Shown here piece by piece: positions 45,423-54,285 of a stretch of DNA of 64,000 nt. Both the position numbers and the translations under genes were made by a program. How positions within the stretch are numbered: position 1 is the first letter of the stretch; each line of letters begins with the position of its first letter. The notes beneath the pieces were generated by a model. That model was given only the letters and a program-made list of their open reading frames with translations. It ran no database searches and was not told the DNA's origin. Source of the stretch: Pirellulales bacterium (GTDB taxonomy: Bacteria; Planctomycetota; Planctomycetia; Pirellulales; UBA1268); contig JBIIQM010000003.1 of assembly GCA_044342075.1 (NCBI GenBank), positions 4,736-68,735 on the forward strand, written 5' to 3'.

Positions 45423-47293
45423 CGCGGCGGGTCGAGGACCACGTCGAGTTTGACCTCCGCGCCGTCGCGCAGGACGACGACGGGCACCGTGTCGCCCCCC
45501 TTGTGCTTCCGCAGGGCGCTGTCGAAATCTTCGAGGCCGGTCACGGCGCTGTCGCCGAGCCGCACGATGATGTCGCCCCCCTTGAGGCCGCCGCGGGCGG
45601 CGGGGGAGTCTTTCGTCACGCCGGTGATCGCGTAGCCTTTGCCGGGCTTGCCGAAGTCGGGGATGCTGCCGAAGTAGGGCCGGTCGCCGCCGCGGGCGAA
45701 CATCTTCGAGGCCACCTCGATGTAGGCGGGCCGCTCGGGGGCCGTGGCGAGTTCGCGGATCACGTCGGTGACGAGCGCCGTGATCCTCACCATGCCGTCG
45801 TAGTTGATCTTCTCGGCGGTGTCGGTCGGCCGGTGGTAATCAGAATGAGAGCCGGTGAAGAGGTGCAGCACCGGGATCTTTCGCGCGTAGAAGCTCGAAT
45901 GGTCGCTCGGCCCAAAGCCGCCCGGCTCCTTCGCCACCTCGAAGGCGTGCGCGCCGATGAGCCGATCCACGAGCGCGTCGAGGCCGGTGCCCGTGCCGGT
46001 GCCGTGGACGATCACCTTGTTGCCGTCGAGACGGCCGACCATGTCGAGATTGACCATGGCGACCGTCTCCGCGAGCGGCACGGCGGCGTTGGCCGTGTAA
46101 TGGGCGCTGCCGAGCAGGCCCCGCTCCTCGCCGGAAAACGAGGCGAAGAGGATGTTGCGCGGAAAGGGCCCCTTTGCCGCGGCCTCGGCGGCGAGCCGAC
46201 GCGCTACCTCGACGAGCATCGCGGTGCCGCTGGCGTTGTCGTCGGCGCCGTGATGCACGGCGGTATCGCCCGGGGCCGCCGAATTGACGCCGCCATAGCC
46301 GAGGTGATCGTAGTGGGCGCCGAGCACGACCGTCTCCTTCGCCCCGGGCTTGCCGGGCAGGATGGCGAGGATGTTCTTCGTTTCCGTCTCGGTCCGCTCG
46401 ATCGTCACCCGGCCGCGAATCCGCCAGCCGGCCAGCGGCGAGGTCTGCGGCTCGAGCTTCTCGTCGATCGTCTTCTCGATCGTCGCCAGGTCCTTGCCGA
46501 GCGATTCCTTCACGAGTGCATCGACCACCCCTCGCCGCAGCTGGAGCACCGGCATCGTGCGGCGATCGGAACCGTCGCCGGCGCGGGTGAATGCCATGAG
46601 GGCGTCGTCCGTGGCCGACGCGTCGTTGCAAAAGATCAGGCCGCCCGCCTCGTGCTCCGAGGCATTGGCCACCTTCCGCGAGAGCGCGGCGTATTGCGAG
46701 GCCTGGTTGCCGTCGAAGACGCTGTGCGGGTTGTCCTTTTGCGGCTCCTGGCGGAGCACGATCGCCGCGGCCCCCTTCGCCCCGCCGGGGCCGAGCGGGG
46801 CGTAGTCGTCGTAGGCTTCCTTCGGCGCCGTGATGCCGAAGCCGGCGAAGACGAGCGGCAGGTCGAAGGGCCCCGATCCGCCGGCGGCCAGCGGCGTGAA
46901 ATCCTTGCCGAGTTCGAGCGGCCGCCGCACGGGCTCGCCATCCAACCCGGCCGGCCCCACGAGTTCGGCCGTGTTGGCGTCGGCGGCGCCGAGCTTCGCC
47001 TCGAGCGTCATCGGAAATGGCTGGTAGGGGCTTTCGCCGACGACGGTGGTGTCGAGGCCGGCCGCGGCGAGCTCTGCGGCGACCCACTCGGCGGCCTGGT
47101 CGATGCCCTTCGTGCCCGGCCCGCGCCCTTCGCGCTCGGGCGCGGCGAGCCATTCGACGGCAGCCCGCAGCCGGCCCACGAGCGCGGCGGGATCATCGGC
47201 CCCACCCTCGGCGGCCTGTCCACGAGCCACAGCGGGGGCCACCAGCATGACGAAACCGGCGGCCGCAGTGAGAAACGCTCGACCCAAACTCAT
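45419..47293 (-). CDS. M28-family aminopeptidase with C-terminal PDZ domain
   Basis: I trim the track ORF to ATG 47293, giving MSLGRAFLTAAAGFVMLVAPAVARG, a signal peptide. Motifs include GAHYDHLGYGG and HHGADDNASG. The C-terminal PDZ reads AITGVTKDSPAARGGLKGGDIIVRLGD. Confidence 0.8.
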   Translation of the reverse strand: MSLGRAFLTAAAGFVMLVAPAVARGQAAEGGADDPAALVGRLRAAVEWLAAPEREGRGPGTKGIDQAAEWVAAELAAAGLDTTVVGESPYQPFPMTLEAKLGAADANTAELVGPAGLDGEPVRRPLELGKDFTPLAAGGSGPFDLPLVFAGFGITAPKEAYDDYAPLGPGGAKGAAAIVLRQEPQKDNPHSVFDGNQASQYAALSRKVANASEHEAGGLIFCNDASATDDALMAFTRAGDGSDRRTMPVLQLRRGVVDALVKESLGKDLATIEKTIDEKLEPQTSPLAGWRIRGRVTIERTETETKNILAILPGKPGAKETVVLGAHYDHLGYGGVNSAAPGDTAVHHGADDNASGTAMLVEVARRLAAEAAAKGPFPRNILFASFSGEERGLLGSAHYTANAAVPLAETVAMVNLDMVGRLDGNKVIVHGTGTGTGLDALVDRLIGAHAFEVAKEPGGFGPSDHSSFYARKIPVLHLFTGSHSDYHRPTDTAEKINYDGMVRITALVTDVIRELATAPERPAYIEVASKMFARGGDRPYFGSIPDFGKPGKGYAITGVTKDSPAARGGLKGGDIIVRLGDSAVTGLEDFDSALRKHKGGDTVPVVVLRDGAEVKLDVVLDPPR

Positions 47294-47399
47294 GGAACCC
47301 TCGCAATTGGAGCGGAAGCTGGTCGAAACCAATTCTATCCGCTTCCCGCGGGGCGGCGCGTGTGCCAAAATCGCTCGGCATTCAGGAAATCGCAGGAGC

Positions 47400-49121
47400 G
47401 TGTCGTCCGTGCCATCGCTGTTCGTCATCCAGGGCTTCAATAAGGGGGCCCGCTACGACCTCGCCGCCCACGAGGGGGCAGTGACCATCGGCCGCGAGTC
47501 GGGCAACCTCGTTCGGCTCGACGACAACGAGGTTTCCCGTCGCCACGCGGAGATCCGCCGCGTGGGCCAGGGCTTCGTCGTCGGCGACCTGAAGAGCTCC
47601 AACGGCACCTACCTCAACAACCGCAAGGTGGAGCGGGCGGAACTCTCGAGCGGCGACCAGATCCAGATCGGCCGCACCATCCTCGTCTATTCGAAGGACG
47701 ATGCGATTCCCTCGGCCGGCACGGTGGACATCGTGCCCCCCGACGCCCACGAAGCCTCGCGGATCGTGCGGGCCATCCGCGAGGACGAGGACGAGATCGG
47801 CCTTTTCTCCCCCGACGACACGCAAAACCGCTGGCTCGCGCGGGCCCGCAGCAACGTGCAGGTGATGTATCGCACGGCCATGGCCGTGAGCCACACGCTC
47901 GACATCGACGAGCTCCTGGGCCGCGTCTTGCAGCTCGTCTTCGAATGGGTGGGCGCCGACCGCGGCTGCGTGATGCTGCTCGACTCCGAGACGCGGCAGC
48001 TCAAGACGAAGGCCCGCCGCGACCGCAAGGTGGGCGACAACACCTCGATGGCGATCAGCCGCACGATCCTCGATTATGTGCTCGATCGCGGCGAGGGCGT
48101 GCTCACGAGCGACGCCCAGGACGACGACCGCTTCAGCTCGGGCAACAGCGTCTTGCGGTCGGGCATCCGCGAGGCGATCTGCGTGCCGATGAAGGGCCGC
48201 TACGGCACCGTGGGCGTGATCTACGTCGACACGATGGTGCCGCTGACGGAGTCGATCGAGACCGGTCAGCGGCGGTTCTCCGACGAACACCTCAAGCTCA
48301 TGATCGCGATCGCCCACCAGGCGGCCCTCGCCGTCGAAGACACGACCTACTACTCCGCGATGGTGCAGTCGGAGCGGCTGGCGGGTGTGGGGCAGACGAT
48401 CGCCACGCTCTCCCACCACATCAAGAACATCCTGCAGGGGATCCGGGGCGGCAGCTATCTCGTGGAGATGGGTCTCGAAAACGAAGACCTGGCGGTGCTC
48501 CGCAAGGGCTGGGACATCGTCACCCGCAATCAAAACAAGATCTCGTCGCTCGTCATGGACATGCTCTCCTTCAGCAAGGAGCGCGAGCCCGACCCCGTGC
48601 CGTCCGATCTGGCGGCGCTCGTCACCGACATCGTCGAGACCGTGCAGCAGCGGGCCGACGAGTCCGGCACGACGATCCGCTGGAGCCCGCCCGACGACCT
48701 CCCCTGGCTGATCTTCGACCCCGATGGCATCTCCCGGGCAGTGCTCAACGTCGTGAGCAATGCGCTCGACGCGGTGGAGAATCGGCCGGATCCTTTCGTG
48801 GAGATCCGCGTCTTCGCCGACCGCGAGGCGAAGCTCGTGCGGATCGTCATCTCCGATAACGGCCAGGGAATGGATGCCGAGACACTCGCGACGGTCTTCA
48901 ACCTCTTCGTATCGACGAAGGGCTCCCGCGGCACCGGCCTCGGGCTCACCGTGAGCCGGAAAATCCTGCGCGAGCATGGCGGCGACATCCGAGCCACGAG
49001 CGTGCCGGGCGAGGGCAGCACATTCACGCTCGAGTTTCCGCTCGAGGAGGCTGCCGAAGGCGCGGATCGGGGACAGACCGCCTTCCCCATGGGCGATCCT
49101 GACGACGGCCCGCAGCCATGA
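47400..49121 (+). CDS. FHA-GAF sensor histidine kinase
   Basis: The start is GTG 47400 or 47409, after AGGAG. The FHA domain contains GRESGNLVRLDDNEVSRRHAEI...SSNGTYLN. A GAF-like middle region follows. The kinase has an H box (TLSHHIKNILQG), an N box (NVVSNALDAV), G1 (DNGQGM) and G2 (GTGLGL). Confidence 0.8.
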   Translation: MSSVPSLFVIQGFNKGARYDLAAHEGAVTIGRESGNLVRLDDNEVSRRHAEIRRVGQGFVVGDLKSSNGTYLNNRKVERAELSSGDQIQIGRTILVYSKDDAIPSAGTVDIVPPDAHEASRIVRAIREDEDEIGLFSPDDTQNRWLARARSNVQVMYRTAMAVSHTLDIDELLGRVLQLVFEWVGADRGCVMLLDSETRQLKTKARRDRKVGDNTSMAISRTILDYVLDRGEGVLTSDAQDDDRFSSGNSVLRSGIREAICVPMKGRYGTVGVIYVDTMVPLTESIETGQRRFSDEHLKLMIAIAHQAALAVEDTTYYSAMVQSERLAGVGQTIATLSHHIKNILQGIRGGSYLVEMGLENEDLAVLRKGWDIVTRNQNKISSLVMDMLSFSKEREPDPVPSDLAALVTDIVETVQQRADESGTTIRWSPPDDLPWLIFDPDGISRAVLNVVSNALDAVENRPDPFVEIRVFADREAKLVRIVISDNGQGMDAETLATVFNLFVSTKGSRGTGLGLTVSRKILREHGGDIRATSVPGEGSTFTLEFPLEEAAEGADRGQTAFPMGDPDDGPQP

Positions 49122-49894
49122 CGGCGACCGCCCGCGACAGGCTGCCGATCTCGGCCGTGGTGATCACGCGAGACGCCGCCAAGGGCATCGCCGCGACGCT
49201 CTCGAGCGTTTCCTTCTGCGCCGAACGGCTCGTGCTCGACTCCGGCTCGACCGACGCCACGGTGGAGATCGCCCAGGCCGCCGACGCCCGCGTGGAGCAG
49301 CAGCCCTTCCTCGGCTACGGGCCGCAGAAGCGCCGGGCCGTGGAACTGGCCGCCCACGACTGGATCCTCTCGCTCGACGCCGACGAGGTGCTCGATGACG
49401 CCGCGGCTCACGCCATCGCCCGCCTCGACCTCGGCGATCCGAGCGGCTGCTGGTCGCTCCGGCGCCGCACGTTCATCGGCCGCCGTGAGGTGCGACACGG
49501 GCCGTGGGGCGGCGAGCAGGTGCTGCGGCTCTTCAACCGCACGACCGCCGGCTTCACGCCGCAGGCCGTGCACGAGGAGGTCCGCGCGTCGCGACCGCCG
49601 CAACTGCTGCCGGGATCGATCCTCCACTACAGCTTCGAGAACGCCGCGGCCGTGCTGCTCCGGTCGATCCGATATTCCCGGCTGAAGGCGGGCGTCATGC
49701 GCGGGAAGGGGCAGCGCACGAGCGCGTGGACGATGCCCTGGCGCGGCGCGACGGCCTTCGCGAAGGCGTATCTCCTGCAGGGCGGCTGGCGCGACGGGCC
49801 GGATGGCTTCGTGATCGCCCTCTCGCGGGTCATCGACTCGACGCTCCCCCGCGCCATGCTCCTCCTCGGCGAGGACGACGACGTGCTTGGATAG
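49118..49894 (+). CDS. Family-2 glycosyltransferase
   Basis: The ORF is 258 aa. It contains ISAVVITRDAAKGIAATLSS, LDSGSTDAT and SLDADE (DxD). ATGA overlap couples it to the kinase gene. Confidence 0.75.
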   Translation: MTATARDRLPISAVVITRDAAKGIAATLSSVSFCAERLVLDSGSTDATVEIAQAADARVEQQPFLGYGPQKRRAVELAAHDWILSLDADEVLDDAAAHAIARLDLGDPSGCWSLRRRTFIGRREVRHGPWGGEQVLRLFNRTTAGFTPQAVHEEVRASRPPQLLPGSILHYSFENAAAVLLRSIRYSRLKAGVMRGKGQRTSAWTMPWRGATAFAKAYLLQGGWRDGPDGFVIALSRVIDSTLPRAMLLLGEDDDVLG

Positions 49895-49900
49895 CGCGCC

Positions 49901-50043
49901 GGCTTCGGGTGCCCCGTACCCCGTCGCCGGACGTTCGCTACGGACATCCTGTCCTTCGCTCACTCGGATGCTGACCGCGCTCCGCCATCCTGGCTGCGCT
50001 TGTCAGCATACGCCGGCTCCCGGGGCACGGGTCACCCGAAGCC
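49901..50043 (-). repeat. Family A structured repeat, copy 3 (inverted)
   Basis: The element is 143 nt. It is the reverse complement of the copy 1/2 consensus. Confidence 0.9.
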
Positions 50044-50053
50044 TCCCGTTCTA

Positions 50054-50075
50054 GTAGGACAGGCTTCAGCCTGTC
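50054..50075. repeat. REP copy GTAGGACAGGCTTCAGCCTGTC
   Basis: It matches the REP consensus exactly. Confidence 0.9.
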
Positions 50076-50096
50076 GCCTGGAGACCCGCTTCCGCC

Positions 50097-52124
50097 TCAC
50101 TTCCGTGCGGTGCGTGTGCCGCGCGGGCGGGGCTTTTTGCCGGCCGTGGCCCGTTCGGGCTCGGGGGGCTGCTCGGTGAATTTGTCGGCCTGACCGGTGA
50201 GTTCGTAGAGAAACCGGCTCGGGCGGCAGGGGCGGCTCTTGCCCCACTTCATCCGCGTGAGGCAGAGCGAGAGCGAGAGCCGCTTCTTCGCGCGGGTCAC
50301 GCCAACGTAGCAGAGCCGCCGCTCCTCCGCGATCGCCTCGAGCCCGTCGCCGAGCGAGCGATGATGGGGCAAAAGCCCCTCCTCCATGCCCACCATCCAG
50401 ACCTGGTCGAACTCGAGCCCCTTGGCCGCGTGCAGCGTCATCAGCCGCAGCACGTTGCCCCGCGGCTTGTCGTCTTGAAAACGCTCCGCTTCCTTGACGT
50501 CGAGCACGAGGTCGTCGAGAAACTCCCGGACCGTGTGGGCGAAGTCCCCCTTGCCGCGGTGCGTGCGCTCATGTTCGGCCAGCGCGTTGACGAGCTCCTC
50601 GACGTAGTTCCACCGCGATTCCTGCTCGGTCGGGTCGTCGTATTCCTTGGCGAGGAATTGCTGGTAGCCGGTCGCCGCAAGGAGCGCCCGCAGGATGTCG
50701 CCGGCCGGTTGCGGCTGACTGGGCCGGCCGAGGGCGACGAGCCGCTCGAGGGCCGCGACGCCCCCCGCGGCCGCCGACGAGAGCCGGCCGGCCGCGCGAG
50801 CGGCGACGAGCTCCTGCCAGACGCTCGTGCCCGCGGCCGCCGCGGCGGTGCGGGCCTGGTCGAGCGCATGCGCGGAGACGCCGCGCGGCGGCACGTTGGC
50901 GATCCGCGCCAGCGCCATGTCGTCGTCGGGATCCACGAGCAGCCGCAGAAACGACATCACGTCCTTCACCTCGCGGCGGTCGAAGAAGGAGCGGCTGCCG
51001 ATCAGTTCGTAGGGGATGCTGCGCCGCCGCAGCTCCTGCTCGAAGACGCGAGTCTGCTCGCCGGTGCGCACGAGGATCACGGCCTCGCTCGGCGCCACCT
51101 CCCCCTCCCGCAGCCGCCCCTCGACGTCGCTCACCACGCGCCGGGCCTCGTCGAGCTCGTCCTGCGCCTGCACGACCGCCGGGGGCAGCCCCGAGGCCGC
51201 CTTCGAGATGAGCGTCTTGCCGTGGCGGCGGGTGTTGCAGGAGATGAGCTGGTTGGCGGCGTGGATGATCTCCGGCGTCGAGCGGTAGTTCTCCTCGAGC
51301 CGTACCACCGTCGCCCCGCGCCAGCGCTGCGGAAACTCGAGGATGTGGGAGATCTGCGCGCCGCGCCAGGCATAGATCGATTGGTCGTCGTCTCCCACCA
51401 CGCAGAGGCTCTTGTGATCGCGGGCGAGCGCCGTGAGGATCCGCTCCTGGATGCCGCTCGTATCCTGGTATTCGTCGACGAGGATGTGGTCGAATCGCCC
51501 CGCCTCGGCGCGGCGGACCTCTTCGTGGTTCGTGAAGAGCTCTTCGACCACGAGCAGGAGGTCGTCGAAATCGACGGCGCCGGCCGTCCGCAGGGCGTGC
51601 TGGTAGCGGCGGTAGCCCGCCGCGGCGAGCGTCCAGGCTTCCGGGGCGTCGGCGGCGATCGTGTCGAACGCGGAGTCGGGGCGGACGGCCGCGCTCTTCC
51701 AGCGGCTGATCCGGTCGATGAGATCGCCCGGCCGCAACACGGCCTCGGCCACCTTGAGCTCCTTGAGCACCTTGCGGGCGATCGACTCCTGCTCGCCGCG
51801 GTCGATGATCGCGAACCGCGCGGGGTAGCCGAGCACCGTCGCATGCCGCCGCAAGATGCGAACGCAGAGCGAGTGGATCGTGGAAATCTCCGGCTGCTCG
51901 TCCCCCGACTTGCCGAGGAGCTTGCCGGCGCGGGCCTGCATCTCGCGGGCCGCCTTGTTGGTGAACGTGACGGCGAGAATCCGCGAGGGGCGGGCGCCCC
52001 GGCGCACGAGATGGCCGATGCGGGCGATGACCACGCGGGTCTTCCCGGTGCCGGCGCCGGCCAGCACGAGCAGCGGCCCGACCGGGGCGTTGACGGCCTG
52101 CGACTGGGCCGGGTTCAGTTGCAT
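50097..52124 (-). CDS. PcrA/UvrD/Rep-family ATP-dependent DNA helicase
   Basis: I trim the track ORF to ATG 52124. The sequence begins MQLNPAQSQAV and includes LVLAGAGTGKTRV. Further motifs are ILVDEYQDTS, VGDDDQSIYAWRGA and LMTLHAAKGLEFD. Confidence 0.85.
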   Translation of the reverse strand: MQLNPAQSQAVNAPVGPLLVLAGAGTGKTRVVIARIGHLVRRGARPSRILAVTFTNKAAREMQARAGKLLGKSGDEQPEISTIHSLCVRILRRHATVLGYPARFAIIDRGEQESIARKVLKELKVAEAVLRPGDLIDRISRWKSAAVRPDSAFDTIAADAPEAWTLAAAGYRRYQHALRTAGAVDFDDLLLVVEELFTNHEEVRRAEAGRFDHILVDEYQDTSGIQERILTALARDHKSLCVVGDDDQSIYAWRGAQISHILEFPQRWRGATVVRLEENYRSTPEIIHAANQLISCNTRRHGKTLISKAASGLPPAVVQAQDELDEARRVVSDVEGRLREGEVAPSEAVILVRTGEQTRVFEQELRRRSIPYELIGSRSFFDRREVKDVMSFLRLLVDPDDDMALARIANVPPRGVSAHALDQARTAAAAAGTSVWQELVAARAAGRLSSAAAGGVAALERLVALGRPSQPQPAGDILRALLAATGYQQFLAKEYDDPTEQESRWNYVEELVNALAEHERTHRGKGDFAHTVREFLDDLVLDVKEAERFQDDKPRGNVLRLMTLHAAKGLEFDQVWMVGMEEGLLPHHRSLGDGLEAIAEERRLCYVGVTRAKKRLSLSLCLTRMKWGKSRPCRPSRFLYELTGQADKFTEQPPEPERATAGKKPRPRGTRTARK

Positions 52125-52260
52125 CGGGCGGTTTTCCACGAAGAAGAGCGGGCGAGCGGGAATGTACCACACGGGGCCTCGCGCCGCCGCGCGGTGATCA
52201 CCTTGACGCATTCGGTGAGGAAGTTTCTATTTGCCCGATTCCATCCGGAAGGAGTCATTC

Positions 52261-53046
52261 ATGGCGACGCGCGGCAGGCATTCGGGCAACCGGCACCACC
52301 AGCATGATCGTGAGCACGATCAAGAGCACGAGCACGGCTTCGGCGTGGAGGAGTTGCACGCCGATCCGGAAATCCGCGACAACGACCTGGCCGAGAAGAC
52401 GATCGAATTCATCGACCGCCTGCGGCCCCACATGAACACGCTCCTGCTCGCGGCGGCCGGGCTCCTGCTCGCGGCGATCGGCTGGGTGCTCGTCTCGTCG
52501 CAGTCGGCCGCCACGCGGTCACAGAGCTGGGATGCCTATCTCGCCGGCCTCTCCAGCGGCGAGGTGCAGTCGTTCGACGAGGTGATCCGCCGCTATCCGG
52601 GAACGCCGGCGGCCGATTGGTCGCGGCTGGTGCTCGCCGACATGGCCCTCACCGAGGGCACCGAATTGCTCTTTGCCGACAAGGACCGCGCTCCGCCGCG
52701 GCTCCAGGCCGCCGTCGATCTCTACAGCGCGATCCTCGCCGCGAGGCCATCCGGCATGCTGGCGGAGCGGGCCACGTTTGGGCTCGCGAAGGCTCGCGAG
52801 AGCCTGGGCCAGCTCGACGATGCACGCCGTGGCTATGCCGCCGTCGCGGCGGAATTCCCCAACGGGGCGCTCGCTCAAATGGCCGCCGACCACGCAGCGG
52901 AACTCGGTCGGGAATCCTCCCGGCAGTGGTATGATTGGTTTGCGGCGCAAAAGATCGTGCCGCCGCCACAGAAGCCGGCACCATCGGCAGACCAGACGCC
53001 GCCAGCCGACAAGCCACAAGACAAACCCAAAGACAAGCAGGAGTGA
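52261..53046 (+). CDS. Membrane-anchored TPR-like protein with His/Asp/Glu-rich N-terminus
   Basis: The start is ATG 52261. The N-terminus reads MATRGRHSGNRHHQHDREHDQEHEHG. One TM helix is present (LLLAAAGLLLAAIGWVLV). The C-terminus is helical and repeat-like. Confidence 0.55.
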   Translation: MATRGRHSGNRHHQHDREHDQEHEHGFGVEELHADPEIRDNDLAEKTIEFIDRLRPHMNTLLLAAAGLLLAAIGWVLVSSQSAATRSQSWDAYLAGLSSGEVQSFDEVIRRYPGTPAADWSRLVLADMALTEGTELLFADKDRAPPRLQAAVDLYSAILAARPSGMLAERATFGLAKARESLGQLDDARRGYAAVAAEFPNGALAQMAADHAAELGRESSRQWYDWFAAQKIVPPPQKPAPSADQTPPADKPQDKPKDKQE

Positions 53047-53108
53047 GCTCCTGCGGGAGTAAGCCCCTGGACACGCCGCCCCCCCGTCAGCCGCAGGCCG
53101 GCGAAGAG

Positions 53109-54080
53109 GTGACGTGGACGGTGGACGAGGCTGCGGCCGGCCTTCGCCTCGATGTGTTTCTGGCCCGCGAGTTTCCCGGGCAGAGCCGCTCGTTTCTCGC
53201 CCGCGCGATCGACAAGGGCGCGGTGCGGGTGGATGGCGTCGTGGCCCGGGCCTCGGTGAAACTGCGGCCGGGCTCGCTCGTCTGTTTTCGAGTGCCGGAG
53301 CCGCCACGCGCCGGCCCCGATGCCGAGGAGATTCCGCTCGACTTCCTTCATCTCGACGAGTGGATGGCGGCCATCGACAAGCCCGCGGGCATGGTCGTGC
53401 ATCCGGCGAAGGGCAACTGGAAGGGCACGCTGGCCGGGGCGCTCAAGTGGCATCTCGAGCGTCGCACGGCCGACGGCGCCGCCGGCGGGCTCTCGACGAC
53501 CGGCGGCCCGACGCGGCCCGGCATCGTGCATCGCCTCGACCGCGATACCAGCGGCGTGATCGTGGTGGCCCGCACGGAAGAGGCCCATCACCGGCTCGCC
53601 AAGCAGTTCGAGCGGCGTTCGGTGGAAAAGACGTATCTCGCGATCACGCAGGGGCAGCCGCAGTTCGACCGCGACGAGATCAATCTCCCGATCGGCATCC
53701 ATCCCTATCAGCGTGAGAAGATGGCCGTGCGCCACGACCACTCCACGAGCCGCGAGGCCGTGACGCGGTTCGAGGTGCTCGAGCGGTTTGGCCGGGCGGC
53801 GCTCGTGCGGGTGACTCCGAAGACGGGCCGCACGCACCAGATCCGGGTCCACCTCGCGGCCATCGGCAGCCCGGTGCTCTGCGACGGCCTCTACAGCGGC
53901 CGCACGGTGATCGATCGCTCGTTCTTCGGCGGTCCGGCAGGCCCGCCGCTCATCGAGCGGCAGGCACTCCACGCCGCCAGCCTCGCGATCGACCATCCCG
54001 CCACGGGCGACCGGCTCCTCTTCGAAGCGCCGCTGCCGGCCGACATGCAGCGCGTACTCGCGGTGCTGCGCGGTGCATAG
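53109..54080 (+). CDS. rluD: RluA/RluD-family 23S rRNA pseudouridine synthase
   Basis: The N-terminus is S4-like (LRLDVFLAREFP...). The catalytic motif is HRLDRDTSGVIVVA, and the motif KTGRTHQIRVHL is also present. The start is uncertain: GTG 53109, GTG 53043, or the longer track ORF from 52935. Confidence 0.75.
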   Translation: MTWTVDEAAAGLRLDVFLAREFPGQSRSFLARAIDKGAVRVDGVVARASVKLRPGSLVCFRVPEPPRAGPDAEEIPLDFLHLDEWMAAIDKPAGMVVHPAKGNWKGTLAGALKWHLERRTADGAAGGLSTTGGPTRPGIVHRLDRDTSGVIVVARTEEAHHRLAKQFERRSVEKTYLAITQGQPQFDRDEINLPIGIHPYQREKMAVRHDHSTSREAVTRFEVLERFGRAALVRVTPKTGRTHQIRVHLAAIGSPVLCDGLYSGRTVIDRSFFGGPAGPPLIERQALHAASLAIDHPATGDRLLFEAPLPADMQRVLAVLRGA

Positions 54081-54240
54081 ACCGTTCGTCCCGGCGCGGA
54101 TCCGAATCGTATCGCACCGGCTCGGGGGCGGCAGAAGGTTCCTCGCGGAGGAACTTTCTCCGCTGACGACCTACGGAGCTTCATTCCCCAGAAGGTCGAA
54201 AGTTCCTAACGCTCGTCACGCTTCCGCCGACCCCCTCGCC
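54078..54240 (-). repeat. Family B composite repeat, copy 2 (inverted)
   Basis: It is the reverse complement of copy 1, with a few substitutions. Its ATAGACC end contains the rluD TAG stop. Confidence 0.85.
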
Positions 54241-54247
54241 TCCGTCC

Positions 54248-54271
54248 GTAGGACAGGCCTCCGTGCCTGTC
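54248..54271. repeat. Variant REP (GTAGGACAGGCCTCCGTGCCTGTC)
   Basis: The GTAG head and the GACAGGC/GCCTGTC stem are the same as in other copies. The loop differs. Confidence 0.7.
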
Positions 54272-54285
54272 GAAATTAGACCGCA

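Noticed and set aside
49901-50043. A small ORF is conserved in all four family A copies. It reads MLTALRHPGCA(C/R/G)QHTPAPGARVTRSLPF in the reverse orientation. A mirror-image MLTSAARMA... ORF occurs in the forward orientation.
   Set aside because: The ATG is part of the palindromic ATGCTGAC/GTCAGCAT stem, so both strands inevitably start with M-L-T. No Shine-Dalgarno sequence precedes it. ORF ends differ between copies: 23 aa, 28 aa, or read-through into flanking DNA. The variable codon (TGT/CGT/GGT) changes the amino acid. The two differences between copies 3 and 4 happen to be synonymous, but two sites are too few to carry weight.
54073-54279. A peptide is shared by family B copies 1 and 2 (LAE(E/K)LSP(L/F)TTYGASFPRRSKVPNARHASADPLA). 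It appears in track ORFs 54073-54279(+) and 31932-32237(-).
   Set aside because: There is no independent start with a ribosome-binding site. The apparent GTG lies inside the rluD stop context. Copy 3 lacks this segment entirely. Substitutions between the two copies are a mix of synonymous and non-synonymous changes. Conservation is explained by the DNA repeat itself.
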